In this document: piece by piece, positions 7,804 to 10,146 of the stretch
Layout of the letters: the number at the start of each line of letters is the position of its first letter
Numbering within the stretch: the stretch's first letter is position 1
Origin: an uncultured archaeon
GTDB lineage: Archaea > Asgardarchaeota > Lokiarchaeia > Sigyniarchaeales > SOKP01
Direction: 5' to 3'
Assembly: GCA_964525635.1 (NCBI GenBank)
Contig: CAZGJX010000126.1
Coordinates: forward strand, 1-10,146
Length of the DNA stretch: 10,146 nucleotides
The notes under the pieces: generated by a model
The model's database searches: none
Told to the model about the DNA's origin: nothing
The model's input: only the letters and a program-made list of their open reading frames with translations
Translations under genes and position numbers: made by a program

Positions 7804-9027
7804 TTGGTTAATATTAAATTAGAAAATATTTCAAAGTCATTCAATAAACAAACCGCTCTTGATAATATCTCTTTAGAAATTAAAGATAAAGAATATTTTA
7901 TAATTTTGGGTCCTACTGGTGTAGGAAAAACCACATTATTAAAGATAATCGCAGGTCTTATCAAACCAGATTCTGGTTTTGTTTTTTATGATGAAAAAGA
8001 TATGACAAAAAAATCCCCTGGAGAGAGAAATTTAGGTTTTATGTTTGAAAATTATGCATTATTTCCACATATGAATATTTATGATAATATCGCATATAGC
8101 GCTCGAGTTCATGCCCATGATCCAGTAAAAACTCATTCAGTTGTGGAACAAATTTTATTAATGACCCTTTTAACGGGGAGAAATGAAGCATTACCAGAAG
8201 AAATGAGTGGAGGGATGAAACAAAGGGTCGCTCTTTGCAGAGCTTTATTAAATTTAGAACAAACAAAATTATTAATTTTAGACGAGCCTTTAAAGGCTCT
8301 TGATGCAGGTTTAAGAATGAGTTTGAGGAATGAATTATTACAAATGGCAAAATCAAAACTTTTGGAATTAACAGTCATACATGTAACTAACGAGGAAGAA
8401 GAAGCAATGTTCCTTGCAGATAGAATTGCAATAATAAATCATGGAAAATTGATTCAAATAGGAACTCCCTATGAGATCTATTATCAACCAAAAACACTTT
8501 TTATAGCAAACTTTATGAGTGAAATAAATTATTTTGAAGGAATCTGTGTTAAAAATGAAAAAGTGCCTTGGGATATATATAAAAAATCAAAATATGGGGA
8601 TAAATTTTTTGCTAAAATCCAAAAATATTCAATGCCATTACCTATTGATATTGGATTAAATAATATCTTTGCTTCATATACTCAAAAAGAACTGTATGAT
8701 GAAATTAACCATGGAGATGAAGTAATGTTAGTTATAAGGGCAAATCATATGAAACTTCGACTTGGTAATCGAATAAATGAAAAACATAATGCTATAATTG
8801 GAAAGATCAAAAGACGTAAATATATGGGTATGTTTTATAGATTTGAAGTTATTATAAATATAAATGATCAAGATAAATTATTAGTTGCAACAATTCCTTC
8901 CACTTCTAAAATTCATGATACATTTGTAGAAGGAGTTGAGGTTACTATATATTTTCCAAAAGAATTGGGAATTATATTTAGACATCCTGGTGAGGATGCA
9001 ATTAGAGATGTATTAAAATTAGAATAA
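7804..9027 (+). CDS. ABC ATPase 2 (PotA/CysA/MalK-like with TOBE-type C-terminus), altered Q-loop and H-loop
   Basis: TTG start with GGTGA at 7794-7798. Walker A GPTGVGKT, signature MSGGM, Walker B LLILDE, Q-loop FE, H-loop VTNE. Confidence 0.93.
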   Translation: MVNIKLENISKSFNKQTALDNISLEIKDKEYFIILGPTGVGKTTLLKIIAGLIKPDSGFVFYDEKDMTKKSPGERNLGFMFENYALFPHMNIYDNIAYSARVHAHDPVKTHSVVEQILLMTLLTGRNEALPEEMSGGMKQRVALCRALLNLEQTKLLILDEPLKALDAGLRMSLRNELLQMAKSKLLELTVIHVTNEEEEAMFLADRIAIINHGKLIQIGTPYEIYYQPKTLFIANFMSEINYFEGICVKNEKVPWDIYKKSKYGDKFFAKIQKYSMPLPIDIGLNNIFASYTQKELYDEINHGDEVMLVIRANHMKLRLGNRINEKHNAIIGKIKRRKYMGMFYRFEVIININDQDKLLVATIPSTSKIHDTFVEGVEVTIYFPKELGIIFRHPGEDAIRDVLKLE

Positions 9028-9060
9028 ATTAAAATAAAAAACAAAAATAGGTAAATTTTG

Positions 9061-9744
9061 ATGAGTAACTTATTTGAGTGGTTTAAATCTCGAAATGAAG
9101 AAAGTGTAATTAATAAAACTTTAGTGCATATGCAAAAGGTATTGGAAACAGTAGTAGAGTTTGAAAAAGGATTATCTTTCCTAATTGAAGAAAGAAACAA
9201 AGAACTTGCTTTAAAAGTTTTTTCTCGCGTTAATACATTGGAGCATCAAGCTGATATAATAAGACGGAATATCCTTAATACGATTTCAAAAGTTGAACTT
9301 CCATCTAAAATACGTGAAAATCTAATGCATTTGGTGAAAAGGATTGATGATATTGCGAATGCTGCAAATGCAAGTGCAAGAATCTTTATATATATGAATC
9401 ATAATGATTTCTTTAACTTAGATGAGGATATACATCAAAAAATCTTAGAAATGATTAGAATTTCAGTAGAAACAGTAATAAAAGTAAAATATATGGTTAA
9501 TAAATTATTAATCGCAGAGGAAACAGAACTTCAAGAGATAGGGGAAAAAGTTAGTGAATTAGAGCATAAGTGTGATGAATTACAATTTAAAATAAATAGA
9601 ATGCTTGTATCAGACCATCCAGATATTAATCCTTTTAGCGCAATTGAAATTTATAATAGTATTTCAATAATAGAAGTAATTACCGATAATGCAGAAGATG
9701 TCGCTGATTATATAATAATGTTAATTCTTTCAAAAACATCTTAA
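9061..9744 (+). CDS. DUF47/TIGR00153 (PhoU-like) putative phosphate-transport regulator
   Basis: Two-fold repeat LEHQADIIRR...IDDIAN and LEHKCDELQ...ITDNAEDVAD, characteristic of DUF47/PhoU helical bundles. ATG at 9061 (TTG 9058 alternative). Confidence 0.88.
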   Translation: MSNLFEWFKSRNEESVINKTLVHMQKVLETVVEFEKGLSFLIEERNKELALKVFSRVNTLEHQADIIRRNILNTISKVELPSKIRENLMHLVKRIDDIANAANASARIFIYMNHNDFFNLDEDIHQKILEMIRISVETVIKVKYMVNKLLIAEETELQEIGEKVSELEHKCDELQFKINRMLVSDHPDINPFSAIEIYNSISIIEVITDNAEDVADYIIMLILSKTS

Positions 9745-9999
9745 TTACATATATTATATTAGGTTAAAAATATAGAGATTAAATCAAGTTAAGGATTCTA
9801 TTAACTTAAGCTATATTACAAATAATATTTTTACTCCAAAATTTTTTCGAATCATTTATATATATTTTGCTTTTTTTTTTATTAAAAATTTTTCTTTCTT
9901 TCTACGTTTATTAAGATATATTGGTTAATTTTTGTCAAAAGATCTTTTATTTATCTATTATATTTTTACTATTAGATTTACATTTTTAAGTGTTTAATG

Positions 10000-10146
10000 T
10001 TAAAAATCTGAATAAGATATATTATATATTTTATTTTTAGTGATATATTCACTATTGTTTATTTCGAAATTATTTATATCCAACTTTTTATTTACCGTTG
10101 CAAAAAATCTGGACATTATTGGACATCCAGCTTGAGGGCCAACAAC
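10000..10146 (-). CDS. Possible 3' end of a convergent gene running in from the right edge; product unknown
   Basis: 48 open codons VVGPQAGCPIMSRFFATVNKKLDINNFEINNSEYITKNKIYNISYSDF, ending in TAA at 10000-10002. GC content rises towards the window edge. Confidence 0.4.
   Translation of the reverse strand, partial: VVGPQAGCPIMSRFFATVNKKLDINNFEINNSEYITKNKIYNISYSDF

Noticed and set aside
4931-9200. Short ORFs 4931-5344, 5537-5773, 6014-6235, 7033-7218, 7752-7964, 8039-8356, 8133-8378 and 8913-9200
   Set aside because: All overlap well-supported ABC or DUF47 genes on the antisense strand or in an alternative frame, and show no motifs.
9745-9999. T-rich tracts (e.g. 9871-9880) as terminators; also TATA-like boxes near 3630-3675
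   Set aside because: Plausible for an archaeon, but indistinguishable from background in such AT-rich intergenic DNA.
10110-10126. TGGACAT tandem repeat near the right edge
   Set aside because: Only 7 bp twice and inside a probable coding frame; not supportable as a regulatory site or element end.

Overview
A very AT-rich window, probably archaeal and possibly Asgard/Lokiarchaeia-like (inference from the GGTGA-type RBS, TTG starts and low GC). The left part (1-3481, minus strand) is a mobile-element hotspot. It holds a GT-C-like membrane glycosyltransferase gene split by an unannotated 117-bp MITE (22-bp imperfect TIRs, 9-bp target duplication; removal restores one ~533-aa ORF), a C-terminal remnant of an IS481/Mu-like transposase, and a complete IS630-family element with TA duplication and a -1 frameshift site. 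The right part (3685-9744, plus strand) is a compact operon: a possible 33-aa membrane peptide, a membrane-anchored substrate-binding protein of the type usually fused to vWA domains, a two-domain ModB/CysT/W-like permease, two different ABC ATPases and a DUF47/PhoU-like protein. The two ATPases carry complementary motif degenerations that predict one consensus and one degenerate nucleotide site, an asymmetric design best known from heterodimeric exporters, here in an importer. The 3' end of a possible convergent gene enters at the right edge.
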